From Synechococcus elongatus PCC 6301 (lineage in GTDB: Bacteria; Cyanobacteriota; Cyanobacteriia; Synechococcales; Synechococcaceae), in the NCBI RefSeq assembly GCF_000010065.1, contig NC_006576.1, positions 1,230,001 through 1,262,000 on the forward strand: a stretch of DNA of 32,000 nt, read 5' to 3'. Position numbers and translations under genes: made by a program. A model generated the notes under the pieces. The model was not told where the DNA came from. It made no database searches and worked only from the letters and a program-made list of their open reading frames with translations. Shown piece after piece: positions 10,011 through 19,012 of the stretch; within the stretch, counting starts at the first letter, position 1; every line of letters starts with the position of its first letter.

Positions 10011-10485
10011 ACTGCGCAGCAAGCTGTACCTCGAGATTGGCCACGGTTGTTGGGTCCTGATTCACAGGCGTCAGAACAAGCTGGCGACCCTCAAGCTCAA
10101 GGCTGGGTGTCAGCACGAGAGACCAGTAAGCAGCAGGACGGTAGGGTAAGCGTTCCGGCCATTCAATCACCACTAGCCCCGGCTCAAACTCCACACCTTC
10201 CCAGTACAACTCCGGCAGCAAGCGCGCTACATCAGGTGCCTCGAGGCGATAGAGGTCGAAGTGGTAGAGGGGCAAGCGCCCCTCGCTGTACTCACAGACC
10301 AAGGTGAAGGTTGGGCTGGCTACCACGTCGGGGATGCCCAAGCCTTGGGCGATGCCTTGGGTCAGCGTTGTTTTGCCGCTGCCTAAATCTCCTTCCAGTA
10401 AGAGGGTGCTGCTAGCCAGAAGCCTCTGTCCCAACAGGACTCCGAACTGATGGGTCGCAGTGGCATCCGGCAGGAAAAATTGCAT
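9979..10485 (-). CDS. tsaE: tRNA threonylcarbamoyladenosine biosynthesis ATPase TsaE (YjeE)
   Basis: 168 aa with Walker A LLLEGDLGSGKTTLTQGIAQGLGI, VASPTFTLVCEY, LYHFDLYRLE, and VIEWPERL. Overlaps the 3' end of the convergent GT4 gene by 32 bp. Confidence 0.95.
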   Translation of the reverse strand: MQFFLPDATATHQFGVLLGQRLLASSTLLLEGDLGSGKTTLTQGIAQGLGIPDVVASPTFTLVCEYSEGRLPLYHFDLYRLEAPDVARLLPELYWEGVEFEPGLVVIEWPERLPYRPAAYWSLVLTPSLELEGRQLVLTPVNQDPTTVANLEVQLAAQFRARPATAES

Positions 10486-10489
10486 TGGC

Positions 10490-11899
10490 TTAATTCGCAG
10501 AACGACGATACCAACGCATTAGGGCTGCAGCCAAGCGCGTCGGTTGGTGGCGGACACAGTGGTTTTGCGGATCCTCTTCCATCACATTCGCCAGAATCAC
10601 TTGCCGACCCAGTTGCAGCACTGCCTCGCGATCGATTTCCACCGGCTGGGAATTTTGCCGCGCATAGCGCTGAACTGCAGCCTCAGAAGGCGGCTGACGC
10701 TGCACCAAGACCGCATCAAACAACGGTTCTGGATAGACGGAGTCGATCGCACGAATGTGGTCAGCCACCGTATATCCCAAGGTTTCACCGGGTTGGGTCA
10801 TGATGTTGCAGACATAAACCCGGTAAGCAGAACTCTCCGCTAGGGCCTTGGCGATCGCGGGCACCAGTAGGTTGGGAATGATGCTGGTGAACAGGCTTCC
10901 GGGACCAATGATGATGTAGTCCGCAGCAGCGATCGCTTCGAGGGCACGGGGCAGGGCTGGCAAATCAGCAGGCGTCACACCCAGCCGCACAATCCGCCCC
11001 CCTGCTTCAGTAATTTGTGACTCACCTTCAATGCGGCGACCATCTTCCAATTCCGCCCAGAGGCGCATGTCCGAAAGCGTAGCGGGCAATACCTGCCCTT
11101 GCACTGCGAGAACTTTGGAACTGGCTGCGATTGCCTTCTCAAAATCACCGCCTGTAACCGCCGTCATCGCCGTTAGAAAGAGATTGCCGAAGCTGTGGCC
11201 GACTAAACCATCACCACTGGCAAAGCGATAGCGAAATAGTTCAGTCAGCAGTTTTTCTTCGTTAGCGAGCGCCGTCAGGCAGTTGCGAATGTCGCCGGGT
11301 GGTTGCACGCCCATTTCACGACGGAGACGCCCCGACGAGCCTCCATCGTCAGCGACCGTTACGATCGCCGTCAGATTAGTGCTGTATTGCTTCAGGCCGC
11401 GTAGCAACGTCGAGAGGCCAGTGCCACCCCCGATCGCGACAATCCGAGGACCACGACTGAGTCGTCGATGGGAGAGCAGGACATCTACTAGCTCTTCTTC
11501 TTGCTCGGGCCGCAGCGCCTCGGTAATCGAGCCGACCGTCCGCGACTGCCCTAGGTAAAGCAACAGCAGACCCACACCCAACAACAGCGGACCACTCCAG
11601 TAGTTGGGCAACAATTGGGTCACAAACCCCAAGCCGTTCCGCACCATTGTCAGCAGGAAGTAGACCGGCGTCAGATCGGCCCAAATCGCCGCGCCGAGCA
11701 GGGCGGCAAAAAAGCCCAGAATGCTCAGTAACATCCAGCGCTTGATCAGGAGGCCCGGGCGCAACCATTTGAACCATTGGCCGACTCGATGCTGCGATCG
11801 CGCAGAAAGCTGTCGCCCCAACTGCACGGAACTACGCCGCAATTGGCGTGAATTTAGACGTCGATCGGAGGGACGAGCTGCAGGTCTCTGACGAGTCAC
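10490..11899 (-). CDS. yvcK: YvcK/CofD-like gluconeogenesis factor (UDP-GlcNAc-binding family) with N-terminal TM segments
   Basis: [66 protein letters not shown]...[12 protein letters not shown]...[17 protein letters not shown]...[10 protein letters not shown]. Confidence 0.93.
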   Translation of the reverse strand: MTRQRPAARPSDRRLNSRQLRRSSVQLGRQLSARSQHRVGQWFKWLRPGLLIKRWMLLSILGFFAALLGAAIWADLTPVYFLLTMVRNGLGFVTQLLPNYWSGPLLLGVGLLLLYLGQSRTVGSITEALRPEQEEELVDVLLSHRRLSRGPRIVAIGGGTGLSTLLRGLKQYSTNLTAIVTVADDGGSSGRLRREMGVQPPGDIRNCLTALANEEKLLTELFRYRFASGDGLVGHSFGNLFLTAMTAVTGGDFEKAIAASSKVLAVQGQVLPATLSDMRLWAELEDGRRIEGESQITEAGGRIVRLGVTPADLPALPRALEAIAAADYIIIGPGSLFTSIIPNLLVPAIAKALAESSAYRVYVCNIMTQPGETLGYTVADHIRAIDSVYPEPLFDAVLVQRQPPSEAAVQRYARQNSQPVEIDREAVLQLGRQVILANVMEEDPQNHCVRHQPTRLAAALMRWYRRSAN

Positions 11900-12311
11900 G
11901 GGTTCTCTGAAGACAACAGCGAGTTACCAGACAGGGCAATCGATCGCTGGCTCTTAGTGTATCGCTGACGTTTGCGGAGCCCAAGGTATCCTCCGGCTCA
12001 AACGGGCTGAGCAGCTGGAGCACTCGATCGAGACTGAGGCTGGCGATCGCCCAGAGAACAGGGGAGATGCAAGTCCAGCGGGCGCGCTACTCACCCCCTG
12101 CGAGGGAGCGACGGAAGCCAAGAGGGTACGAATCAATCCTGACCAATGACCTGGCTCAACCCTGGGATTGGCATTGAGAGGATGAGTGGATCCTGTCGTT
12201 CTGTTAACGTCTGTTTCAGCTTTGACACAGACGCAAAAGCCCTGTCGGGGCCGACGAAATGCCCGTGATAGGATCCCAACCTGTAGCCAAGAAACGTTAG
12301 AGGGCAAAGCG

Positions 12312-13559
12312 TTGGCACTTCGGGTGGCTGTGGTCGGCGGCGGACCGGCGGGATCTTGTGCAGCGGAAACGCTCGTCAAAGCCGGTATTGAGACTTATCT
12401 AATCGAGCGCAAGTTGGACAACGCAAAGCCCTGCGGCGGTGCAATCCCGCTCTGCATGGTCAGCGAGTTCGACCTGCCGGCGGAGATCATCGATCGCCGC
12501 GTGCGCAACATGAAAATGATTTCGCCGTCCAACCGCGAGGTCAACATCAATCTCGACAATGCCGACGAATACATCGGCATGACCCGTCGGGAGGTACTGG
12601 ATGGCTTCCTGCGCGATCGCGCGGCCAAGCTGGGCACCAAGCTGATCAACGGTACGCTCTTCCGTTTGGAACTGCCGAAGGGCGATCGCGATCCCTACGT
12701 GCTGCACTACGCCGATCACTCCAACGGCAGTCTAGAAGGCATTCCTTCGACCCTAGAAGTGGATGTGGTGATTGGGGCGGATGGCGCTAACTCGCGTATC
12801 GCCAAAGCGATCGATGCGGGCGATTACAACTACGCGATTGCTTTCCAAGAGCGCATCCGTCTGCCTGAAGACAAGATGCATTACTACGAAAATCTGGCGG
12901 AAATGTACGTCGGTGGCGACGTTTCGCCCGACTTCTACGCGTGGGTGTTCCCCAAATACGACCACGTAGCAGTCGGTACGGGCACGATGCATGTCAACCA
13001 ACGCCTGATCAAGAAGCTGCAAGCAGGCATTCGCGCTCGGGCTGCAAACCGTTTGGAAGGCGGCAAGATCATCAAGGTCGAAGCACACCCGATCCCCGAG
13101 CATCCGCGTCCGCGTCGGGTTGTTGGCCGGGCAGCACTAGTTGGCGATGCGGCCGGCTACGTGACTAAGTCTTCAGGTGAAGGCATCTACTTCGCGGCCA
13201 AATCGGGTCGGATGTGTGCCGAAACGATCGTCGAAACCTCGAACAACGGCGCTCGCATTCCTACCGAAGCGGATCTGAAGCAGTATCTGCGTCGCTGGGA
13301 CAAAAAATACGGCACCACCTACAAAGTGCTGGACTTGCTGCAAACCGTCTTCTATCGCTCGGATGCAACCCGTGAAGCCTTCGTGGAAATGTGCGACGAC
13401 AAAGATGTGCAGCGTCTGACCTTCGACAGCTACCTCTACAAAACCGTGGTGCCGGCCAATCCCTTAGTGCAGCTAAAAATCACGGCCAAAACCCTCGGTA
13501 GCTTGCTACGCGGCAATGCCTTGGCACCAGCGGAATATAAACCGATCGATGCGGCTTAA
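12312..13559 (+). CDS. chlP: Geranylgeranyl (diphosphate) reductase
   Basis: From the TTG at 12312: (M)ALRVAVVGGGPAGSCAAETLVKAGIETYLIERKLDNAKPCGGAIPLCMVSEFDLPAEIIDRRVRNMKMISPSNREVNI..., matching ChlP along its full length. No ATG occurs near the expected N-terminus, so TTG is the inferred start. Confidence 0.95.
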   Translation: MALRVAVVGGGPAGSCAAETLVKAGIETYLIERKLDNAKPCGGAIPLCMVSEFDLPAEIIDRRVRNMKMISPSNREVNINLDNADEYIGMTRREVLDGFLRDRAAKLGTKLINGTLFRLELPKGDRDPYVLHYADHSNGSLEGIPSTLEVDVVIGADGANSRIAKAIDAGDYNYAIAFQERIRLPEDKMHYYENLAEMYVGGDVSPDFYAWVFPKYDHVAVGTGTMHVNQRLIKKLQAGIRARAANRLEGGKIIKVEAHPIPEHPRPRRVVGRAALVGDAAGYVTKSSGEGIYFAAKSGRMCAETIVETSNNGARIPTEADLKQYLRRWDKKYGTTYKVLDLLQTVFYRSDATREAFVEMCDDKDVQRLTFDSYLYKTVVPANPLVQLKITAKTLGSLLRGNALAPAEYKPIDAA

Positions 13560-13581
13560 TTGCTGCCTCTGATGCACAATC

Positions 13582-13610
13582 AAAACGGCTCCTGCAGGAG
13601 CCGTTTTTTA
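13582..13610 (+). terminator. Rho-independent terminator downstream of chlP
   Basis: Perfect palindrome AAAACGGCTCCTGCAGGAGCCGTTTT followed by TTA, 22 bp after the chlP stop. Confidence 0.88.
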
Positions 13611-13642
13611 TTGAGTACCGCTAGCGATCGCAGAGACTTCTC

Positions 13643-14353
13643 ATGACTCAACTCAAACTGCGATCGCTTTGGCAGGAAGGCTGGCAATTGTTCCAGCACT
13701 ATCCGGCGGAATTGCTGGGCTTCTCTGCAGTGAGTTTGCTGATTCAAAGTGGCTTGCAAGGTCTGCCAATCCTGGGGTGGCTGGCACTGCCTTTTTTTGT
13801 TGGACCGCTGACCTTGGGCTTGAACTGGGGCATTTGGCAGCGGCTCTGCGATCGCGATCGCCCCTTGAGTGATTTCTGGATCGGCTTTCAGCAACCATTC
13901 CTGTTTTGGCAATCCTTTTGGGCAGTGACTTGGATCAGTACGATTGCCTTGATCTGCTGGAGTCCCTGGCTGATTGGGGCGGTTGGGCTCTGGAGCTGGT
14001 GGGAGGTCAATCGCACTGTTGCGATCGCGATCGGTAGTATCAGTGGCGTCTTCGGACTGATCGGCCTGGCCAGCTTTTGCTACCTGATGGTGGCCTACCA
14101 GTTCACCTTCCTCTTAATTGCCGATCGCCATCTCCGGGCTTGGCCTGCCATGCAAGTCAGTCTGCAACTGCTGCGATCGCAATGGGGAATCGCCGCACTG
14201 GGCATTGCGGGCTGGACTGTCGTGAGCAGCGCGATCGCAATCATCACCTGTTGCTTAGGTCTGGTCTTAACAACACCACTATTTTATTGCTGCCTAATCG
14301 CCGCTTATCAACAGTTACAGAATGCGGATCCATTGGTTGAAAGCACTATCTAG
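13643..14353 (+). CDS. Polytopic membrane protein, function unknown
   Basis: 236 aa with multiple hydrophobic segments. The C-terminal part is related to the following ORF (ADRHLRAWPAMQVSLQLLRSQW vs AERNLEPWAALELSRRLITKKW). Confidence 0.8.
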   Translation: MTQLKLRSLWQEGWQLFQHYPAELLGFSAVSLLIQSGLQGLPILGWLALPFFVGPLTLGLNWGIWQRLCDRDRPLSDFWIGFQQPFLFWQSFWAVTWISTIALICWSPWLIGAVGLWSWWEVNRTVAIAIGSISGVFGLIGLASFCYLMVAYQFTFLLIADRHLRAWPAMQVSLQLLRSQWGIAALGIAGWTVVSSAIAIITCCLGLVLTTPLFYCCLIAAYQQLQNADPLVESTI

Positions 14354-14428
14354 CCTGAATTTTTCTTAAGACTGCCGCTATTCTTTGCGATCGCCAGGAT
14401 ACTCAAAACGTCAACTTCCTCTGCGATC

Positions 14429-15118
14429 GTGATGGCTTCTAGCTCTTTCAATAGCAACGAAGACTTACTCAACCGCGACTATGAGTTCCGATTTGGTTCC
14501 TATCTGTCTCGAGGCTGGGCAATTTTCAAACAGAACTTGGGCCTCTTCATCGCCTACTTAATTATTGTTGGCCTAATTTCCATAGCTCTCTCCAGTTTAG
14601 ATGCCGCATTTGTCGCAGATGAGGAGGGCACTGGACTGCGCTTTGGACCAGGTGGAGCCATTCAATTGGTCATTAATGGCCCACTCTCTGCTGGCTTTTT
14701 CTTAGTAGCCTTTAAAACGATCAAGCAGCAACGGGTTGAGTTCGGTGACTTCTTTCGCGGCTTCAATCGCTTTCTACCCTTTTTTCTGACGTCACTGCTA
14801 ACCAGTGCCTTAACACTGATTGGCTTTGTCCTCCTGATTGTTCCTGGAATCTATCTAGCGATCGCCTATGTATTTGCCCTACCTCTTGTCGCAGAGCGAA
14901 ACCTTGAGCCTTGGGCAGCCTTGGAGTTGAGCCGCCGTTTAATCACCAAAAAGTGGTTGACTTTTTTTGGCTTTTTGATTGTTCTGGGTCTGATTAACTT
15001 TGCTGGAGCATTACCCTGCGGAATTGGCCTGCTATTTACGATCCCTTGGTCCATTTGTGCAATCACAGCAGCCTACGAAGATATTGTCGGGATTGCCAAT
15101 TCGTCAGAAGATGCTTGA
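14429..15118 (+). CDS. Polytopic membrane protein, function unknown (paralogue of preceding ORF)
   Basis: 229 aa, start MMASSSFNSNEDLLNRDYEFRFGSYLSRGWAIFKQNLGLFIAYLI; ATG preceded by GCGATCGTG spacer; multiple TM segments; ends SSEDA. Confidence 0.85.
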   Translation: MMASSSFNSNEDLLNRDYEFRFGSYLSRGWAIFKQNLGLFIAYLIIVGLISIALSSLDAAFVADEEGTGLRFGPGGAIQLVINGPLSAGFFLVAFKTIKQQRVEFGDFFRGFNRFLPFFLTSLLTSALTLIGFVLLIVPGIYLAIAYVFALPLVAERNLEPWAALELSRRLITKKWLTFFGFLIVLGLINFAGALPCGIGLLFTIPWSICAITAAYEDIVGIANSSEDA

Positions 15119-15157
15119 ATTAAGTAGAAACTTTTTCCTCGGAGTGAGTGAGTAACG

Positions 15158-15424
15158 ATGACAACATCACCATCTAATGAGACCAACAGCAAGAAAATTT
15201 TGGCTGGAATTCTCGCCATTATCCTGGGTGCATTAGGAATTCACAAATTTGTTCTGGGATACACCACTGAGGGCGTCATTATGCTCTTAGTCTCGATCCT
15301 GAGCTGCGGCTTCCTAGCGCCAGTCATGAGCATCATTGGCATCATTGAAGGCATTATTTATTTGACCAAGCCTGATGAGCAATTTGAGGCCACCTACATC
15401 ACCGGCCGTAAACCCTGGTTCTAG
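15158..15424 (+). CDS. TM2 domain-containing small membrane protein
   Basis: KKILAGILAIILGALGIHKFVLGYTTEGVIMLLVSILSCGFLAPVMSIIGIIEGIIYLTKPDEQF is the typical TM2 pattern. Confidence 0.92.
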   Translation: MTTSPSNETNSKKILAGILAIILGALGIHKFVLGYTTEGVIMLLVSILSCGFLAPVMSIIGIIEGIIYLTKPDEQFEATYITGRKPWF

Positions 15425-15848
15425 TCATCGCTTTCGGCAACAGCGACAGGTCGGACTGCTCTTACTGGGAACGGGTGCGCTTTACACTGCGCTCTACAGC
15501 AGCGACCGCCTTCCCACCCGCTGGACCTGTCCATTGCTCGCGCTAACGGGGCTGCCCCGTCCCACCTGCGGCTTAACGCGATCGCTAGCGGCCACCTGGC
15601 GCGGGGATTGGGTAAAGGCGGTTCAGTTTCATGTGTTTGGACCGCCCCTCTTCACGATCGGTTTGGCCATCGGTCTCGTCTGGTTAGCGGAACTCTGGCG
15701 ACAGCGATCGCTCTTGCCGTGGCGATCGCTCGTTCGTCACAGCTGGCTACCGCTCCTAGTAGGCCTCCTGCTTTACTACAGCACCCGTCTCTGGTGGAGT
15801 TGGCAAGCCGGGCTCTGGCCACCGCCTTGGGCGATCGCTCCTCTCTAA
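15375..15848 (+). CDS. DUF2752 domain membrane protein
   Basis: 157 aa with TRWTCPLLALTGLPRPTCGLTRSLAATWRGDWVKAVQFHVFGPPLF (DUF2752 CPL...TG...CGLTRS pattern). ATG at 15375 overlaps the TM2 ORF by 50 nt. Confidence 0.85.
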   Translation: MSNLRPPTSPAVNPGSSHRFRQQRQVGLLLLGTGALYTALYSSDRLPTRWTCPLLALTGLPRPTCGLTRSLAATWRGDWVKAVQFHVFGPPLFTIGLAIGLVWLAELWRQRSLLPWRSLVRHSWLPLLVGLLLYYSTRLWWSWQAGLWPPPWAIAPL

Positions 15849-15860
15849 CTTGGGCGTCTC

Positions 15861-16067
15861 ATGAAATCACGCTTCTTCGTTAACCGCAGCCTCTTGCTAG
15901 TGATGGGGGGAATCTACTTTGTCGCCCTGTCTCAACTGCAATGGCCTGTTGTCGCCCGCGAGTTTTTAGCCTTGCTTCCTTTCCAATTGGTCATTCTTTG
16001 GGGGCTCCGCCGTCATTGGCGATCGCCCCAGAATGAGCGCCCTAGCTTGGATCAAAACAAGTCGTAG
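15861..16067 (+). CDS. Small predicted membrane protein (68 aa), unknown
   Basis: MKSRFFVNRSLLLVMGGIYFVALSQLQWPVVAREFLALLPFQLVILWGLRRHWRS... has two hydrophobic segments and starts 12 nt after the DUF2752 stop. Confidence 0.5.
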   Translation: MKSRFFVNRSLLLVMGGIYFVALSQLQWPVVAREFLALLPFQLVILWGLRRHWRSPQNERPSLDQNKS

Positions 16068-17095
16068 CTGGGCTGGCGCGGATCGGGAGCAAAGGCCAGC
16101 CACAGCGGGAACTGCAACAGGGACAGACTGACACTGTCTTCACCGTCGTCAATCACGATCAGAGGCAGATCACCCCGCTCTTCGATGCGTTCGGCTTTTT
16201 GAACCAGCGCATCGGCAAACTCAAATAGCGTAATACCTTGATTTGGGCCAAAATCTTCCCGCGATAGACCCAAGCAATCCTGCAAGCCGCGCCGCCATTC
16301 ACCCAGTCGTTCCGGCGTACTCGCCAAAATCAGCGGTACTAAGCGCTCACCGTAGAGGTGATTGAGCACGGAAATCACAGCTGAAGCAATCAGGACATTT
16401 TGCTGGCGACTACCAAAACTACGGAGCGCACCCCGGCCGCCCATCGTAAAAAACCACTCGCGGACTGGCTCTTCATGAACTGCTTCGAAGGTGCGACGCA
16501 GCACCCACGGCTGACCGTAGTAGTCCGGTGACTGGCGATAGCGATTCAGTTCTTGCTCGATCAATTCGGCTTCGGGGGCAAATTCGGGATCCGCAAAGCC
16601 AGGCCGCAGAGGTGCTTTTGCTTCTACTGATGCAGGGGGAGGCGCAATGATTTCAGGGGCAGCGATCGGTTGTGGGGGGACTAAATCCAGCTGCTCTGCC
16701 GAGGCGGCTAGGTCTTGCAGACTGCCAACTAGGTAATCTTTAAAACTCTGAACCCGCACAGCAATCTCTTGGGATTTGCCGGCAAAGCTGCTGCGAATTT
16801 CCTGCTGGATGCGATCGCGGCGGCGCTCCAGTTTTTCAATCGAAGCCAAGAGAGCAGCTTGTCGCGCTTCTAAATCGGCTAGCGCGATCGCGGTGAGACG
16901 CTGCAGTGACGCTTCGGCCGGTGGGGGCGAATCTTCCACGGGTGTCGCCACAGTCTCCTCAGTCAAAGAGGATTCGGGCGCAGGCAGCTCCAGTGCTGGC
17001 TCAGCCGGCGTTTCTGGCTCTCGCCCCAGCTCTGGTAACAACACAGGCGGCGTTTCTGGTTCTGAGGGCAATACCGAGAAATCGTCTGGCAGCAT
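16052..17095 (-). CDS. DUF3086 family protein
   Basis: Likely start MLPDDFSVLPSEPE. Low-complexity acidic/Pro-rich N-terminus, coiled-coil segment, and conserved C-terminal block QSPDYYGQPWVLRRTFEAVHEEPVREWFFTMGGRGALRSFGSRQQNVLIASAVISVLNHLYGERLVPLILASTPERLGEWRRGLQDCLGL. Confidence 0.8.
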   Translation of the reverse strand: MLPDDFSVLPSEPETPPVLLPELGREPETPAEPALELPAPESSLTEETVATPVEDSPPPAEASLQRLTAIALADLEARQAALLASIEKLERRRDRIQQEIRSSFAGKSQEIAVRVQSFKDYLVGSLQDLAASAEQLDLVPPQPIAAPEIIAPPPASVEAKAPLRPGFADPEFAPEAELIEQELNRYRQSPDYYGQPWVLRRTFEAVHEEPVREWFFTMGGRGALRSFGSRQQNVLIASAVISVLNHLYGERLVPLILASTPERLGEWRRGLQDCLGLSREDFGPNQGITLFEFADALVQKAERIEERGDLPLIVIDDGEDSVSLSLLQFPLWLAFAPDPRQPSYDLF

Positions 17096-17116
17096 GGAAA
17101 ACCCTAGGAACAACAA

Positions 17117-17500
17117 CTACCGAGGCGGACAAAACTGTTCGAGCGCCGTCCGTAACTCCTGACTGTCAAACAGAATCGGCAGAAAGTGAATACTCTCGGT
17201 CTCGCGAAAGTAGAAGAGGATTGGCAGGAGCGACCAGTAGATCCGCCAGTTAAGCCACATCGAGTAAGGGAAGCGACGGAGGAGGCGATCGCCCCGATAA
17301 ATGTCCAAGTCGGTGGGGGTAAAGAACAACCGCAATGTCGCCGCTTGGTAGAGCAGAAACAGCCCAAACACCGCGATCCCCAGACCTAACCAGAGATTCA
17401 AGAACAGCAGTGCGATCGCAGCAACGATCAAGATGCCCGGTAGACGATAGCTCGGCGCTAAGGGCAGAACAGTTGGCGGGATTGCCACATCAGTCGGCAT
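17117..17500 (-). CDS. DUF3119 family membrane protein
   Basis: 127 aa: LFLNLWLGLGIAVFGLFLLYQAATLRLFFTPTDLDIYRGDRLLRRFPYSMWLNWRIYWSLLPILFYFRETESIHFLPILFD. Lies directly upstream of the DUF3086 gene on the same strand. Confidence 0.8.
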   Translation of the reverse strand: MPTDVAIPPTVLPLAPSYRLPGILIVAAIALLFLNLWLGLGIAVFGLFLLYQAATLRLFFTPTDLDIYRGDRLLRRFPYSMWLNWRIYWSLLPILFYFRETESIHFLPILFDSQELRTALEQFCPPR

Positions 17501-17553
17501 GACGTATTTCGCTCACGCGATCGCTGTCCTCGCTATTTTGCCATTGCTACTGT

Positions 17554-18348
17554 TTAGGGTGCCTGCAAAGCGGCATCTCCCACGCCACTGAACATCAGCT
17601 GCGACAGGAAGAAGTCCAGCACAAAAATCACTAGGAGTGCGGTAACAACTGCACCGGTCGTCGATTCGCCAACGCCCCGTGCACCGCCAGTGGTTGTCAG
17701 GCCCCAGTTCGTACCGATCGCGGCCACCACCCAGCCAAAAATCACGGCTTTGATCAGGCTACTGACGACATCCCACGGTTCGAGGAAGTTGCGGATGCCA
17801 TCAAAAAAGACACTAACCGGGATGCCGTAGGCCGATTGAGCCACCAGACTACCGGCAGTCACCCCGATCAGGCCAAACCCTAGACAGAGAATGGGCATCA
17901 TCAGACAGCAGGCCAAGGTCCGCGGCACCACCAGATAGTCAACGGGATCAGTGCGCAGCATCAACAGCGCATCGATTTGCTCCGTGACTTGCATCGTGCC
18001 GATCTCCGCCGCAAAAGCTGAGCCAATCCGACCCGCCACCACGACCCCCGTCAACACGGGTGCCAGTTCGCGGAAGAGTGCCAGAGCCAAGATGCCCCCT
18101 ACGATGTTCCCGGCTCCGAAATTGATAAACTCGCGGGCAACTTGAATGGTGAATACCGCTCCAACGGAAACACCCGTCAGTAGCGTGATCAGCAGTGAGG
18201 ATGGCCCCACGTTGGCCATTTGCTCCCGGGTGTTGTAGGGGTCAATCCGGGCGCGGAAGAGATGCAGCACGACCTGCCCAGCCAACAAAAGGGCGAGCAA
18301 CAGTCGATTGACCCAGCGCTTGAGGCCGTTCAGAGGAGTTCTCCGCAT
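17554..18348 (-). CDS. mlaE: MlaE/YrbE-family ABC transporter permease (lipid transport)
   Basis: 264 aa: LLITLLTGVSVGAVFTIQVAREF...ALALFRELAPVLTGVVVAGRIGSAFAAEIGTMQVTEQIDALLMLRTDPVDYLVVPRTLACCLMMPIL. Confidence 0.93.
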   Translation of the reverse strand: MRRTPLNGLKRWVNRLLLALLLAGQVVLHLFRARIDPYNTREQMANVGPSSLLITLLTGVSVGAVFTIQVAREFINFGAGNIVGGILALALFRELAPVLTGVVVAGRIGSAFAAEIGTMQVTEQIDALLMLRTDPVDYLVVPRTLACCLMMPILCLGFGLIGVTAGSLVAQSAYGIPVSVFFDGIRNFLEPWDVVSSLIKAVIFGWVVAAIGTNWGLTTTGGARGVGESTTGAVVTALLVIFVLDFFLSQLMFSGVGDAALQAP

Positions 18349-18673
18349 AGCGGCAGGCGATCGCAGCTTAGCCTACCAAACAACGTTGTGCCGCTCTGTG
18401 ACCGGCCTTATCTTTGCGTTTGCTGCAAAGTCGCGGATGCAAACAGCAAGCCTTCCTCGCTAAGCTGGGACTGACAGGCGAGAACTGTCGAAGCAACAGC
18501 GGTCGCGGTTCCTTAGGACCTGAGGACAGACTCCCACAATCAAATATTTTGGGTAGATGTAGATTAGAGATTGTTTGCGACACTCAGGCCAAACGCGATC
18601 ACAGCCTCGGTTGCCAGCAATAACTTAACAAAGTCTTAAGAATTTTAACGATTTCAGTTCCGTCTGAGGGGGC

Positions 18674-19012
18674 ATGGCTAGATTGAAAGCAACCGACCTG
18701 CCCTTGGTGTCGCCCATGCTCCTTCGGCCCCTTCCAGAACGCTTTTTGCGATCGCTCGCGGTTGCCGGAACAGTGGGCTTCGTTGCACCATTGGCGGTGA
18801 TGGGGTTGCTCTGGCTCGCCATGACTAGCCTCAGTTGGGTCCCTGGAATTGGAAGTTGGGGACAGTCGGGCTTAGAGATTTTGCGCTACTTTTGCGACAC
18901 CTTTGGCAGCGGTAACCCCCTCTGCGGGCTGCTGGTGATCGGGGCGACCTGCGCAGTCGTCGGCATGATGTTCGATACCTATGCCGTGTCTGTTTCACGG
19001 GCTTCGCGCTAG
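18674..19012 (+). CDS. Small membrane protein, unknown function
   Basis: 112 aa with two hydrophobic segments. Stop is directly adjacent to the start of the M16 peptidase gene, so likely co-transcribed. Confidence 0.65.
   Translation: MARLKATDLPLVSPMLLRPLPERFLRSLAVAGTVGFVAPLAVMGLLWLAMTSLSWVPGIGSWGQSGLEILRYFCDTFGSGNPLCGLLVIGATCAVVGMMFDTYAVSVSRASR

Noticed and set aside
12222-12227. TTGACA as a -35 box for chlP
   Set aside because: No matching -10 element at a suitable distance (16-18 bp) was visible, so I do not call a promoter.
11954-12379. 141-aa minus ORF between yvcK and chlP
   Set aside because: Overlaps the chlP N-terminus on the opposite strand, with biased composition and no domain. 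Treated as non-coding.
18349-18673. Possible RNA gene or small ORF (71 aa minus) between mlaE and the 112-aa membrane ORF
   Set aside because: No recognised RNA signature and the ORF composition is unconvincing. Probably a divergent promoter region.
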